DNA from: an uncultured Gammaproteobacteria bacterium | GTDB taxonomy: Bacteria > Patescibacteriota > Microgenomatia > UBA1406 > GWC2-37-13 | Assembly: GCA_964535635.1 (NCBI GenBank) | Contig: CAZHVF010000001.1 | Span: forward strand, 6,508-70,507 | Reading direction: 5' to 3' | Length of the DNA: 64,000 nt | Shown: positions 48,680-56,766 of the stretch, one piece after another | How the letters are laid out: each line of letters opens with the position of its first letter | Numbering within the stretch: position 1 is the stretch's first letter | Made by a program: the position numbers and the translations under genes | Notes under the pieces: model-generated | The model's input: only the letters and a program-made list of their open reading frames with translations | What the model was told of the DNA's origin: nothing | The model's database searches: none

Positions 48680-49438
48680 ATGAAGTCTTCACATAAGAAC
48701 TCTCCTCTTCCCAATGTATTCTCTGGTTTCGCACTAGCACTCGTTGCGGTTGTTGGTTTCTTCACCGTGGGTACGATGCTTCCAAAACAGCAGTCACAAG
48801 AGGCAGTGTTGGGAGCTTCGTCGCCCACTTCAAATGTTGTCCGATCCTTTAACGGTGACAAATATCTCTGTAGAAAAACAGAGTGTGATAAAGTAGCAAA
48901 TGGTGGAGGGGCACTAAGCGATGATACGGACGAGGACGCCAACAACGGCCCAAAATGTAGATCGGTAAAAGACTCGAACCAAAAGTCCGTATGCTACTGG
49001 GACAACCCCATCTTTACAGCGGCCCAGTGCAATGTTGATAAGAGCGTCTATCGAAATCGTGGCACTGACAGAGGAGCTCTCAATCTTTATTTCTCAGAAG
49101 ATGCAGAAAATAACGTCTACTACAACTGTCGTAAGTTAATCTCGCCAACTCCGACGAGAATTCCAACCCCAACTGCAGTTGCGGGATGTACAAAAGGTTG
49201 GGGCCAACTCTGTGGTGAAAAAACCTGCTCATACGGGGGAAAGGGATTTTGTGCTAGCCCATATGTCTGTGTGCCGAATGGTGTAGCAAATGGAAAGGTT
49301 CTCTACCGTTGTGCAAAAAAGCAGTTAATCGGAACGGGCGTTGGAGACTCATCAACCTCTACGTATGTCTTCCCCACAGTCAAGCCAACAAACCCAAAAC
49401 CCACCTCAACACCGACTCCGAACAAAAATATTCGGTAA
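48680..49438 (+). CDS. secreted six-cysteine module protein, paralog 2 (module + PT linker + second Cys-rich mini-domain + PT tail)
   Basis: 252 aa. Same module (YLCRKTEC...KC...SVCYW...AQC...LNLY...YYNCRKL). TTGACA at 48642-48647 with an A/T-rich -10 directly before the ATG. Confidence 0.7.
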   Translation: MKSSHKNSPLPNVFSGFALALVAVVGFFTVGTMLPKQQSQEAVLGASSPTSNVVRSFNGDKYLCRKTECDKVANGGGALSDDTDEDANNGPKCRSVKDSNQKSVCYWDNPIFTAAQCNVDKSVYRNRGTDRGALNLYFSEDAENNVYYNCRKLISPTPTRIPTPTAVAGCTKGWGQLCGEKTCSYGGKGFCASPYVCVPNGVANGKVLYRCAKKQLIGTGVGDSSTSTYVFPTVKPTNPKPTSTPTPNKNIR

Positions 49439-49483
49439 TCTACATTGACGATTTTCCGCTCGAGTGGTATCGTAATACTATAT

Positions 49484-50971
49484 ATGGACTCTTCCAACTC
49501 ATCTTCGCCGTCTAAAGGATTAGTTATTGCACTATTTTTAGGAGTTCTTTCGCTTGGAGTACTCGCATCAGCTCTTCTACCCAGTGTTTTTAACTCTCGC
49601 GACATTCTCGGAGTCTCCACGCGAAAAAAAACACTCGTCGTTCGTCGTCTCACCAACAGCACCACATCATATACATGCCAGCGTACCGACTGCACATCAC
49701 TCACCAGCCAAGATACGTGTCAGGGTATGGTCGACTCGTATGGACGATCGGTCTGCCAATGGTCAACATTCTCCTTTTTTGGTTCCTCTCAGTGCTCCGT
49801 TAACAAGACAAACTACAGAACAACATCAACTCCATTCGGTAAACTCAATCTGCAGATGGTGAAGTCATACGGCGAGAGTTCAAGGCAGATTGTGTACTAC
49901 GACTGCAATCGGCTTCCCGGTACGACTCCAACGGTCACGCCAACTCCAACAACAGGAACAGCGGTCACGCCAACTCCAACCCAGACAGCACCAAATCCGA
50001 CATCAACGCCAACTCCTACACCTGTATCTTCATCCGGATGGACATGGCCAGCAACGCTACAGAATACCGGCCCAGCTTCAGGAACCGTGTTTACTTCACT
50101 CACACCTCGAGAATTTAGCTCTTCTGATAATGGAAAAGTCTTTGATGGAGTTCAAATAAATGTTGGGAATGGCCAGGAATTTTTTATCACCGGCTCAAAT
50201 ATTACATTCAAAAACTGTAAAATTGTGTATACCGGATCGACACATTCTCCAAACGGCTTCATCTATATCGGAAAGTCATGGGATAAATCAATTCGTCCAA
50301 AGAACATCGTCTTTGATCACTGCATCATCGACGGCGGAAATCGCCACGAGTACGGTCTCACCGCGCGCTATGGCCAGTTTACACTTCAGTATTCTCAGGT
50401 TCGCGGCGCTTCACACAATGTTGAGTCGGGAGGAGATCTCGATGCGGGCACAACCACAACGATCTACCGCAATTACATATATGACTATGATGATACCCCA
50501 TTTGCAAACCCACCACATCTTGGACATGCAAATGGAATCTATTTCACCGGCAACAACGGAACCGTTGTTATCGAAGAAAATACCGTAATTGGTAATCGAT
50601 ACGAGCTTTGTTCTGCTGGGTGGTCAAATGGACCTGGCGCCGGATGCTATGAGTTTGGTGGTACCGGAGTGGTGACGGTGTATGCTGACGAGGATAGCAA
50701 TCCCGATAAAGCATATATTGTAAAACACAATAAGCTATCGGGTGCTGGGTACTATCCTGTTCGCTTCTATGGACAGAGTTCGGGAATCCAAAGTGTGAGC
50801 ATCGTAAACAATGTCTTTACTTCCCAAGCAGGTTGGCCAAAATCGTCGATTGATGGAGCATTGTATGTCATCGATGGTGGTGTCCAATCGGTCACAAAGT
50901 CAGGAAACTCATGGGGATCCGATACCGTCTGCTACTCCAGTCCGAGTCAATGTGCAGGTTCACCCAACTAA
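49484..50971 (+). CDS. secreted six-cysteine module protein, paralog 3, fused through a long PT linker to a right-handed beta-helix domain
   Basis: 495 aa from ATG 49484. Module (YTCQRTDC...TC...SVCQW...SQC...LNLQ...YYDCNRL), 36-aa Pro/Thr linker, then NITFKNCKIV / IVFDHCIIDGGN / repetitive G-N-V strands typical of pectate-lyase-like beta-helices. Confidence 0.75.
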   Translation: MDSSNSSSPSKGLVIALFLGVLSLGVLASALLPSVFNSRDILGVSTRKKTLVVRRLTNSTTSYTCQRTDCTSLTSQDTCQGMVDSYGRSVCQWSTFSFFGSSQCSVNKTNYRTTSTPFGKLNLQMVKSYGESSRQIVYYDCNRLPGTTPTVTPTPTTGTAVTPTPTQTAPNPTSTPTPTPVSSSGWTWPATLQNTGPASGTVFTSLTPREFSSSDNGKVFDGVQINVGNGQEFFITGSNITFKNCKIVYTGSTHSPNGFIYIGKSWDKSIRPKNIVFDHCIIDGGNRHEYGLTARYGQFTLQYSQVRGASHNVESGGDLDAGTTTTIYRNYIYDYDDTPFANPPHLGHANGIYFTGNNGTVVIEENTVIGNRYELCSAGWSNGPGAGCYEFGGTGVVTVYADEDSNPDKAYIVKHNKLSGAGYYPVRFYGQSSGIQSVSIVNNVFTSQAGWPKSSIDGALYVIDGGVQSVTKSGNSWGSDTVCYSSPSQCAGSPN

Positions 50972-51517
50972 CTGCTTGACCATCAGGAGCTCATGCACAT
51001 ACCCACCCATATGGTTGATGGTATTTGGAAGAGTCCCAGCCACCGTAAAACCACAACTCTCGTACAGCTTCCGTGCAGGGATATTGTTCTCAAATACTGA
51101 AAGTTGGAAGACTCGAAGCCCTGGAAGCTGTTTTTTTGCTTCTGTCATGAGGGACTCGAACAGGAGTCTCCCAAGTTTTTTTCCTCGCACCGATACATCA
51201 ATCGAAAGACCCATATAACCTACGTGGGTATGGGTTCGCTGGCCCAGAGTCACATCTGCCGTTCCAACAATCTTCCCGTCTACTTCCAGCACGAGCTTAA
51301 CTACTGATTTATTCGAGATTTTTTTCAGACTGTCTTCAATGTACTTTTTTTCCTCTTCAAGAGATATTTGTTCGCCTTGAAGGGTAATAAACGTTTTCTC
51401 TCGTGAGAGCTGATTAATATAGTCCCGCAGTTGAACAACATCGGTTGCTTCAATATATCGCACAATTACACGATGACCATCAACCTCTTTTTGTTCAATA
51501 ATTTTACCGGAGTTCAT
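50960..51517 (-). CDS. GNAT-family N-acetyltransferase
   Basis: GKIVGTADV..., VRGKKLGRLLFESLMTEAKK (RxxGxG/A-type motif), NIPARKLYESCGF. Confidence 0.85.
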   Translation of the reverse strand: MNSGKIIEQKEVDGHRVIVRYIEATDVVQLRDYINQLSREKTFITLQGEQISLEEEKKYIEDSLKKISNKSVVKLVLEVDGKIVGTADVTLGQRTHTHVGYMGLSIDVSVRGKKLGRLLFESLMTEAKKQLPGLRVFQLSVFENNIPARKLYESCGFTVAGTLPNTINHMGGYVHELLMVKQLVG

Positions 51518-51556
51518 ACTGTTATTATAACCAAACTTGTTTACGGTTCGAGCATC

Positions 51557-51586
51557 ATACTTCGATTAATTAATTAATCGAAGTAT
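51557..51586. repeat. perfect 30-bp palindrome ATACTTCGATTAATTAATTAATCGAAGTAT (element copy 2)
   Basis: Verified base by base as its own reverse complement. Sits in the divergent region between the GNAT gene (-) and prfB (+). Confidence 0.8.
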
Positions 51587-51634
51587 GGGAGCGAGCAATT
51601 TATTTAGGGTTGTCAGTACGCTATAATATGAGGT

Positions 51635-52633
51635 ATGGATGATATTGAACGACGAATAGAAAACGTACTCGAGAAAGCTCACCTGTCGAAGAAGAAAGAA
51701 GAGGTAGAACAACTTGAGGCGCAGACATATAATCCTGATTTTTGGAAGGACTCTGAAAAAGCAGGAAAAATTTCAAAGAAAATAATTGACCTAAAAAAGC
51801 AGATTGAAGATATCGAAATGCTCCAACTGCTTCATGAGGAAAAACAGTTCGAGGACGCCGAAAAACTTCTGAAGAAGTACGAAACACTTCTCTTCCTCTC
51901 CGGCGAATACGACGAAGAAGACGCGATGTTCGCCATTCATTCTGGTCAAGGGGGCACTGAAGCGATGGACTGGGCAGACATGTTGTTTCGGATGTATACG
52001 AGGTACTTCGAAGCAAAGGGTTGGAAGTGGGAGGAGATCGACCGAGTCCCCGGTGAAGAAGCCGGAATCAAGAGTGTTACGATTAATGTGTCGGGGCAGT
52101 ATGTGTACGGATATCTCAAAGGCGAAGCGGGTGCCCATCGATTAGTGCGCCAATCCCCATTCAACGCGGATAAACTCAGACAGACGTCATTCGCACTGGT
52201 CGAGGTCCTACCACTCATCGAAAATGTTGGAATTGAAATTAAAGAGGACGATCTTGAGTGGCAGTTTTTTCGGTCGGGTGGCCATGGTGGTCAGAATGTG
52301 AACAAAGTGGCAACCGCTGTCCGGCTCATTCATAAACCAACCGGCACCACCGTAACCGCCCAAACAGAGCGTCAACAGATGCAGAATCGTGAAATTGCAC
52401 TCAAACTCCTCAAATCAAAACTTTGGCAGGTTGAGGAGGAGCGTCGCCAGAAGGAGATGGAAGGCCTCAAGGGTGAAAAGATTGCAAGCTGGGGAAGGCA
52501 AATTCGATCGTATGTTCTCCATCCCTACAAAATGGTGAAGGACCTTCGAACTGAGTATGAAACCTCACAGGCTGAGATGGTCCTTGACGGTGACCTCGAC
52601 GGCTTCATCGAGGCATATCTCAAGAGTAAATAG
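51635..52633 (+). CDS. prfB: peptide chain release factor 2 (single ORF, no programmed frameshift)
   Basis: SPF tripeptide (RQSPFNA), GGQ (RSGGHGGQNVNKV), SGQGGTEAMDWA. TATAAT lies 7 nt upstream of the ATG. Confidence 0.93.
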   Translation: MDDIERRIENVLEKAHLSKKKEEVEQLEAQTYNPDFWKDSEKAGKISKKIIDLKKQIEDIEMLQLLHEEKQFEDAEKLLKKYETLLFLSGEYDEEDAMFAIHSGQGGTEAMDWADMLFRMYTRYFEAKGWKWEEIDRVPGEEAGIKSVTINVSGQYVYGYLKGEAGAHRLVRQSPFNADKLRQTSFALVEVLPLIENVGIEIKEDDLEWQFFRSGGHGGQNVNKVATAVRLIHKPTGTTVTAQTERQQMQNREIALKLLKSKLWQVEEERRQKEMEGLKGEKIASWGRQIRSYVLHPYKMVKDLRTEYETSQAEMVLDGDLDGFIEAYLKSK

Positions 52634-52684
52634 TCGATCATTTGAATATTGATTATTCCCGAGAAGAGTGTTATTCTGAACTCT

Positions 52685-53125
52685 ATGGAACCGAAAAAAA
52701 CCGTTGTTCGACCTTTGAGTTCAACACCTTCAGCTGGGCAGTCAACGGTGCCAACCTGGCTCGCCATCGCACTCCTCGTCGTATCTGGTCTCGTGGGTGG
52801 TTTTGGAGGCTGGGCGCTTGCCGGTTCAAAAAAATCATCCTCAGACGTACCTACGCAAGCAGAAAAAACAGGCAAATCAGCGGGAATTAAGGACGCGAAA
52901 CGATTCCCAGACTCAGCCGTTGGTATCCTAAAAGAAGGTGGGGTTGATGGTGAAGGAAGCTTTCATCTCCAACGACCAGGCGGAGAGTCACAGAACGTCT
53001 ACCTCACGTCGAGCATTATTGATTTGTCTGAGTATCTCAATAAGAAGATTAAGGTTAATGGGCAGACCTTTGAAAGCCAGAAAGCTGGGTGGCTCATGGA
53101 TGTAGGTTACGTTGAACTTCAGTAA
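52685..53125 (+). CDS. hypothetical membrane-anchored protein
   Basis: 146 aa from ATG 52685 (TGTTATTCT extended -10 lies 7 nt upstream). One TM (WLAIALLVVSGLVGGFGGWALAG) and a small beta-rich ectodomain. Confidence 0.6.
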   Translation: MEPKKTVVRPLSSTPSAGQSTVPTWLAIALLVVSGLVGGFGGWALAGSKKSSSDVPTQAEKTGKSAGIKDAKRFPDSAVGILKEGGVDGEGSFHLQRPGGESQNVYLTSSIIDLSEYLNKKIKVNGQTFESQKAGWLMDVGYVELQ

Positions 53126-53175
53126 TTTGTTTCTCACTTCTCTCACCTCTCCTTTTCCTCTATAATGAAATTGTC

Positions 53176-53853
53176 ATGATTAGTTTCCAGAATGTATCCA
53201 TGCAGTTCCCAATGGGGAATGCGGCGCTTCGCGATGTGAGCTTCGAAATTCAAGATAATGAGTTTGTGTTTCTGGTTGGACCCTCAGGAGCAGGAAAAAC
53301 CACGATTTTGAAGCTTATCACCCGCCAACTCATCCCATCCTCAGGAGTTGTTATCGTAAATAACCTCGAGGTCTCAAATCCAAATTTTCGTCAGACCGAA
53401 GAGCTGCGACGCATGATGGGAATTGTGTTTCAGGACTTTAAGATTCTTACCGATAAAAATGTGTTTGAAAATATTGCACTTAGCCTTCGTATCCAATCCG
53501 CATCGAGATCACAGATCGTATCTGAGATTAAAGAAGCACTCGAGCTTGTTGGACTGAAACATAAGGAACGCGCCTTCCCAGCTCAGATGTCGGCAGGTGA
53601 ACTTCAGCGAATTGCGATTGCCCGTGCTATCGTTGGCAACCGAGACATTATCATCGCAGATGAACCAACGGGAAATCTTGATCCGAAGACATCATGGGAA
53701 ATTATGAAAATATTTAAAAAATTGGAAGGAAAAAAAACCATCCTCTTTGCTACCCATAACAGTGATATTGTAAATAGTATGCGCAAGCGAGTATTTGTAA
53801 TGAAAGATGGCGAGCTGAAGAAGGACCTTAAAAAAGGAGGGTATGACCTATGA
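53176..53853 (+). CDS. ftsE: cell-division ABC ATPase FtsE
   Basis: GPSGAGKTT, MSAGELQRIAIARAI, IIADEPTGNLD. Followed by ftsX with an ATGA overlap. Confidence 0.92.
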   Translation: MISFQNVSMQFPMGNAALRDVSFEIQDNEFVFLVGPSGAGKTTILKLITRQLIPSSGVVIVNNLEVSNPNFRQTEELRRMMGIVFQDFKILTDKNVFENIALSLRIQSASRSQIVSEIKEALELVGLKHKERAFPAQMSAGELQRIAIARAIVGNRDIIIADEPTGNLDPKTSWEIMKIFKKLEGKKTILFATHNSDIVNSMRKRVFVMKDGELKKDLKKGGYDL

Positions 53854-54746
53854 ACGAAATACTGACATCCATAAAACGAACGCCGTATCAGTCAACGGCA
53901 TCGTTTCTCATCCTGTTCTTTACGCTGTTTCTTGCCCTCTTTCTCTTTACGATGACCACCTTCTTTAATGGAATTCTCTCGTTCGTCGAAACCAAACCAC
54001 AGGTAACGGTTTACTTTAAGAACGAGACGAAAGAGCAGGCGATCGGATCGATTCGATCGCAGCTGATGGCATCGACTCAGATTGCACAGGTAAAGTACAC
54101 GTCAAAACAAGAAGCGCTCAAGATCTATCGAGATCTAAATAAGAATAACCCTCTCTTACTCGAGATGGTAAGCGCGGATATTCTCCCCGCATCGCTTGAA
54201 ATCTATGCGCGACAAGCCAGTGATCTACCCGTCATCGCAGATCAATTACACAAACTACAGGGAGTGGATGAAGTTGTATTCCAGCGGGACGTTGTTGACA
54301 AGCTCGTAACTCTCACGACCTCGCTTCGACGAGCCTCAATCTTTCTCCTCGTGTTCCTCGTGGTGGTGGTTTTTATCGTACTCATGACAACAACGGCATT
54401 CAAAATTGCACTCAAGAAGGATGAGATCGAACTCATGCGACTCCTTGGCGCCTCTCATGGATATGTGCGGTGGCCATTCCTCAAAGAAGGAATGTTCTTT
54501 GGCTTCGTGAGTGGAACCGCTGCGTTTACCATTTATTATTTGCTTGTGTTTATCCTACAACCGTTCATGCAGTCATATCTCGCAGGAATTCCTCAACTCG
54601 AATTTATGGGTCTGGGATCGTATGGACTATTCGTCTGGCCACCAAGCCTCCTCTTCGTACTCCTCTCGTATATCCTCATCGTTGTCCTTGGAATGGGGAT
54701 TGGATATTTTGGGAACTATCTCTCGACATCAAAGTACATAAAGTAA
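53850..54746 (+). CDS. ftsX: cell-division permease-like protein FtsX
   Basis: TM1, ~100-aa extracytoplasmic domain, 3 C-terminal TMs, EIELMRLLGAS motif. Confidence 0.88.
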   Translation: MNEILTSIKRTPYQSTASFLILFFTLFLALFLFTMTTFFNGILSFVETKPQVTVYFKNETKEQAIGSIRSQLMASTQIAQVKYTSKQEALKIYRDLNKNNPLLLEMVSADILPASLEIYARQASDLPVIADQLHKLQGVDEVVFQRDVVDKLVTLTTSLRRASIFLLVFLVVVVFIVLMTTTAFKIALKKDEIELMRLLGASHGYVRWPFLKEGMFFGFVSGTAAFTIYYLLVFILQPFMQSYLAGIPQLEFMGLGSYGLFVWPPSLLFVLLSYILIVVLGMGIGYFGNYLSTSKYIK

Positions 54747-54802
54747 TTTGAATTTTTTAATTTTTAATTTGAACCCAAATTTCAAATTGTAAATTTCAAA
54801 TT
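54744..54802. repeat. nested A/T inverted repeats (AATTTGAA x2 / TTCAAATT x2)
   Basis: AATTTGAA at 54745-52 and 54766-73. The complement TTCAAATT is at 54781-88 and 54795-802. Lies between the ftsX stop and the next ATG (54806). Confidence 0.6.
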
Positions 54803-54805
54803 CAC

Positions 54806-55996
54806 ATGCGACGTATGCTTCGTGTTACTACCGGATTTCTGTTTGTCGTTATATTTGCTTTCCTATTCTTTACGGTCGTTCGAGCTCAGTCCTGCAGTAA
54901 CGAGTCGGACTGTAAACGCTTGATTCAGGAGTATGAACAAAAGCTGGTTGGTATCCGCGAACAAAAGAATACATTATCTTCTCAGATCGACTTTGCTGAT
55001 ACGCAAATCTACATTACCTCGCTCCGGATTCAAGACACCGAGCGAAAAATAACTCAGACCGCAGACGAAATTGAAAATCTCAAAGGACGAATTACGACGC
55101 TCAACTCATCCCTCGATTATCTCACCAAACTTCTCCTCGAGAAGATTGTTGAAAGTTATAAACGACGAGAAGCCCCGTTCTTCTCCATCTTTATCGACCC
55201 GGACAGTGCATCGTTAATGGTAAATCGTCTAAAGTATGCAAAAGCAGCCGAGGAGAACGATCGGAGACTTGCATTTCAGGTACAGCAGGCGAAGTTGAAC
55301 TTCGAACAGCAACGTGATCAGCGAAAGGTCAAGCAGGCTGAACTCGCAAACCTACAGTCGGTGCTTGAGGGCCAAAAAGCTGCTCTCGACTCCCAGAAAC
55401 AGGCAAAACAGAGTCTCCTTTCGGCGACACAGAGCGACGAGGTGACCTATCAACGACTTCTTGCACAAGCACAGGCGAACTTGGCGGGTTTCGGCTCGTT
55501 CGTACAAGCGGCGGGTGGCGCGACGCTTACCTCATTCGGATCAGGAAGCAACGGATGGTACTATACACAACGTGATCCGTCGTGGGGAACAATGCTCCTT
55601 CCCGGTTCATCCTCATCGGTTGCATTGGCTGGATGTGCGGTGACATCGGTCGCAATGGTCTGTCAGAGCTATGGACAGGGTACAACACCAGCATCCATCG
55701 CTGGTAATTCAGGTAATTTTATCGGCGGTGACCTTCTCAACTCTGCCTTTAGCTGTTCAGGAAAAAGTACAATCTGGTTAGGGAGTGATAAAGGAGCGGT
55801 GCAGTCATATGTGAATGGTGGAACTCCGGTAATTCTGCGCCTCGTTGCTCCGAGTGTCTCAGGACTCCATTTTGTGGTAGCGTGGAAAACTGACGGAGAT
55901 GACTTCATTATCCACGATCCATACTATGGACCAGATAAAAAATTCTCAGAGCGGTATAGCTGGGGTCAGGTAACTACTGCGATCGCGATACGTTAA
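54806..55996 (+). CDS. secreted coiled-coil protein with C-terminal peptidase C39-like (papain-fold Cys/His) domain; probable FtsEX-partner cell-wall hydrolase
   Basis: Signal/anchor, ~220-aa heptad-rich region, then GWYYTQRDPSWG...LAGCAVTSVAMV...GLHFVVAWKTDGDDFIIHDPYY (C39_2-like Cys and His). Confidence 0.75.
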   Translation: MRRMLRVTTGFLFVVIFAFLFFTVVRAQSCSNESDCKRLIQEYEQKLVGIREQKNTLSSQIDFADTQIYITSLRIQDTERKITQTADEIENLKGRITTLNSSLDYLTKLLLEKIVESYKRREAPFFSIFIDPDSASLMVNRLKYAKAAEENDRRLAFQVQQAKLNFEQQRDQRKVKQAELANLQSVLEGQKAALDSQKQAKQSLLSATQSDEVTYQRLLAQAQANLAGFGSFVQAAGGATLTSFGSGSNGWYYTQRDPSWGTMLLPGSSSSVALAGCAVTSVAMVCQSYGQGTTPASIAGNSGNFIGGDLLNSAFSCSGKSTIWLGSDKGAVQSYVNGGTPVILRLVAPSVSGLHFVVAWKTDGDDFIIHDPYYGPDKKFSERYSWGQVTTAIAIR

Positions 55997-56085
55997 TTGC
56001 TCTCTACATCAACCTTATCGACAGATTTTGTAGCACATAAGCGACTGACAACTCGTCTGCCAACAGGTACGCTCAATGTGAGAGT

Positions 56086-56748
56086 ATGAAAATGAAAGAT
56101 CTTCCCCTGCTTGATCGCCCGCGCGAAAAACTTTTTCGCTATCGATCGGTTCATCGTATTACAACTATAGAATTACTCGCAATTATTCTCGGCTCCGGAG
56201 CAAAGGGAGAGAATGTACTGAAGCTTGCTACCCGCATTGTAACAAAGCTCGAGCAGCTTAATGAACAACCTCAACTCAGCACCTTCCTCGACATGAAAGG
56301 GGTGGGAAGAACAAAAGCGTCGCAGATTATAGCAGCGATCGAACTTGGTAAGCGACTCCAGTCGCCGGTCCCAACATTGGATATCCTCAAACCTTCAGAT
56401 GTATGGAGCGATATGTCTGCTACGTACACAACAAAAAAAGAACACTTCTACGCCTACTATCTTGACACTCGAAATACTGTCATAAAAAAGGAACTGATCT
56501 CGATTGGATCACTCAACGCTAGTATTGTTCACCCAAGAGAGGTGTTTGAACCTGCAGTTCGCCATTTATCAGCACATATTGTCCTGAGTCATAACCATCC
56601 GTCTGGAGATCAGACTCCCTCTGATGCGGATATACGCGTTACACGAAAGCTTGCAGAAGCAGGAAAAATCCTCGACATTGAGGTGCTCGATCACGTGGTG
56701 GTGTCACAACGAGGATTCACGAGCATGAAGCAAAATAACCTCTTTTGA
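56086..56748 (+). CDS. radC: RadC-family JAB/MPN domain protein
   Basis: N-terminal HhH region (DRPREKL, LLAIILGSG), C-terminal HNHPSGDQTPSDADIRVTRKL JAMM motif. Confidence 0.88.
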   Translation: MKMKDLPLLDRPREKLFRYRSVHRITTIELLAIILGSGAKGENVLKLATRIVTKLEQLNEQPQLSTFLDMKGVGRTKASQIIAAIELGKRLQSPVPTLDILKPSDVWSDMSATYTTKKEHFYAYYLDTRNTVIKKELISIGSLNASIVHPREVFEPAVRHLSAHIVLSHNHPSGDQTPSDADIRVTRKLAEAGKILDIEVLDHVVVSQRGFTSMKQNNLF

Positions 56749-56766
56749 TTGTTATACTGGGAGGCA

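Noticed and set aside
51635-51760. Expected +1 programmed frameshift site (CTT TGA C) in prfB
   Set aside because: I looked for it because many bacterial prfB genes have one. Here the N-terminal region (MDDIERRIENVLEKAHLSKKKEEVEQLE...) is continuous in one frame with no in-frame TGA. This is a non-frameshifted prfB, which is common and not remarkable.
54744-54802. Possible CRISPR array or minisatellite (also the PT-linker repeats at 49921-50030)
   Set aside because: The repeats are only 8-19 nt long with 2 copies each. They are either inverted or in-frame coding duplications. There is no repeat-spacer periodicity and no cas genes.
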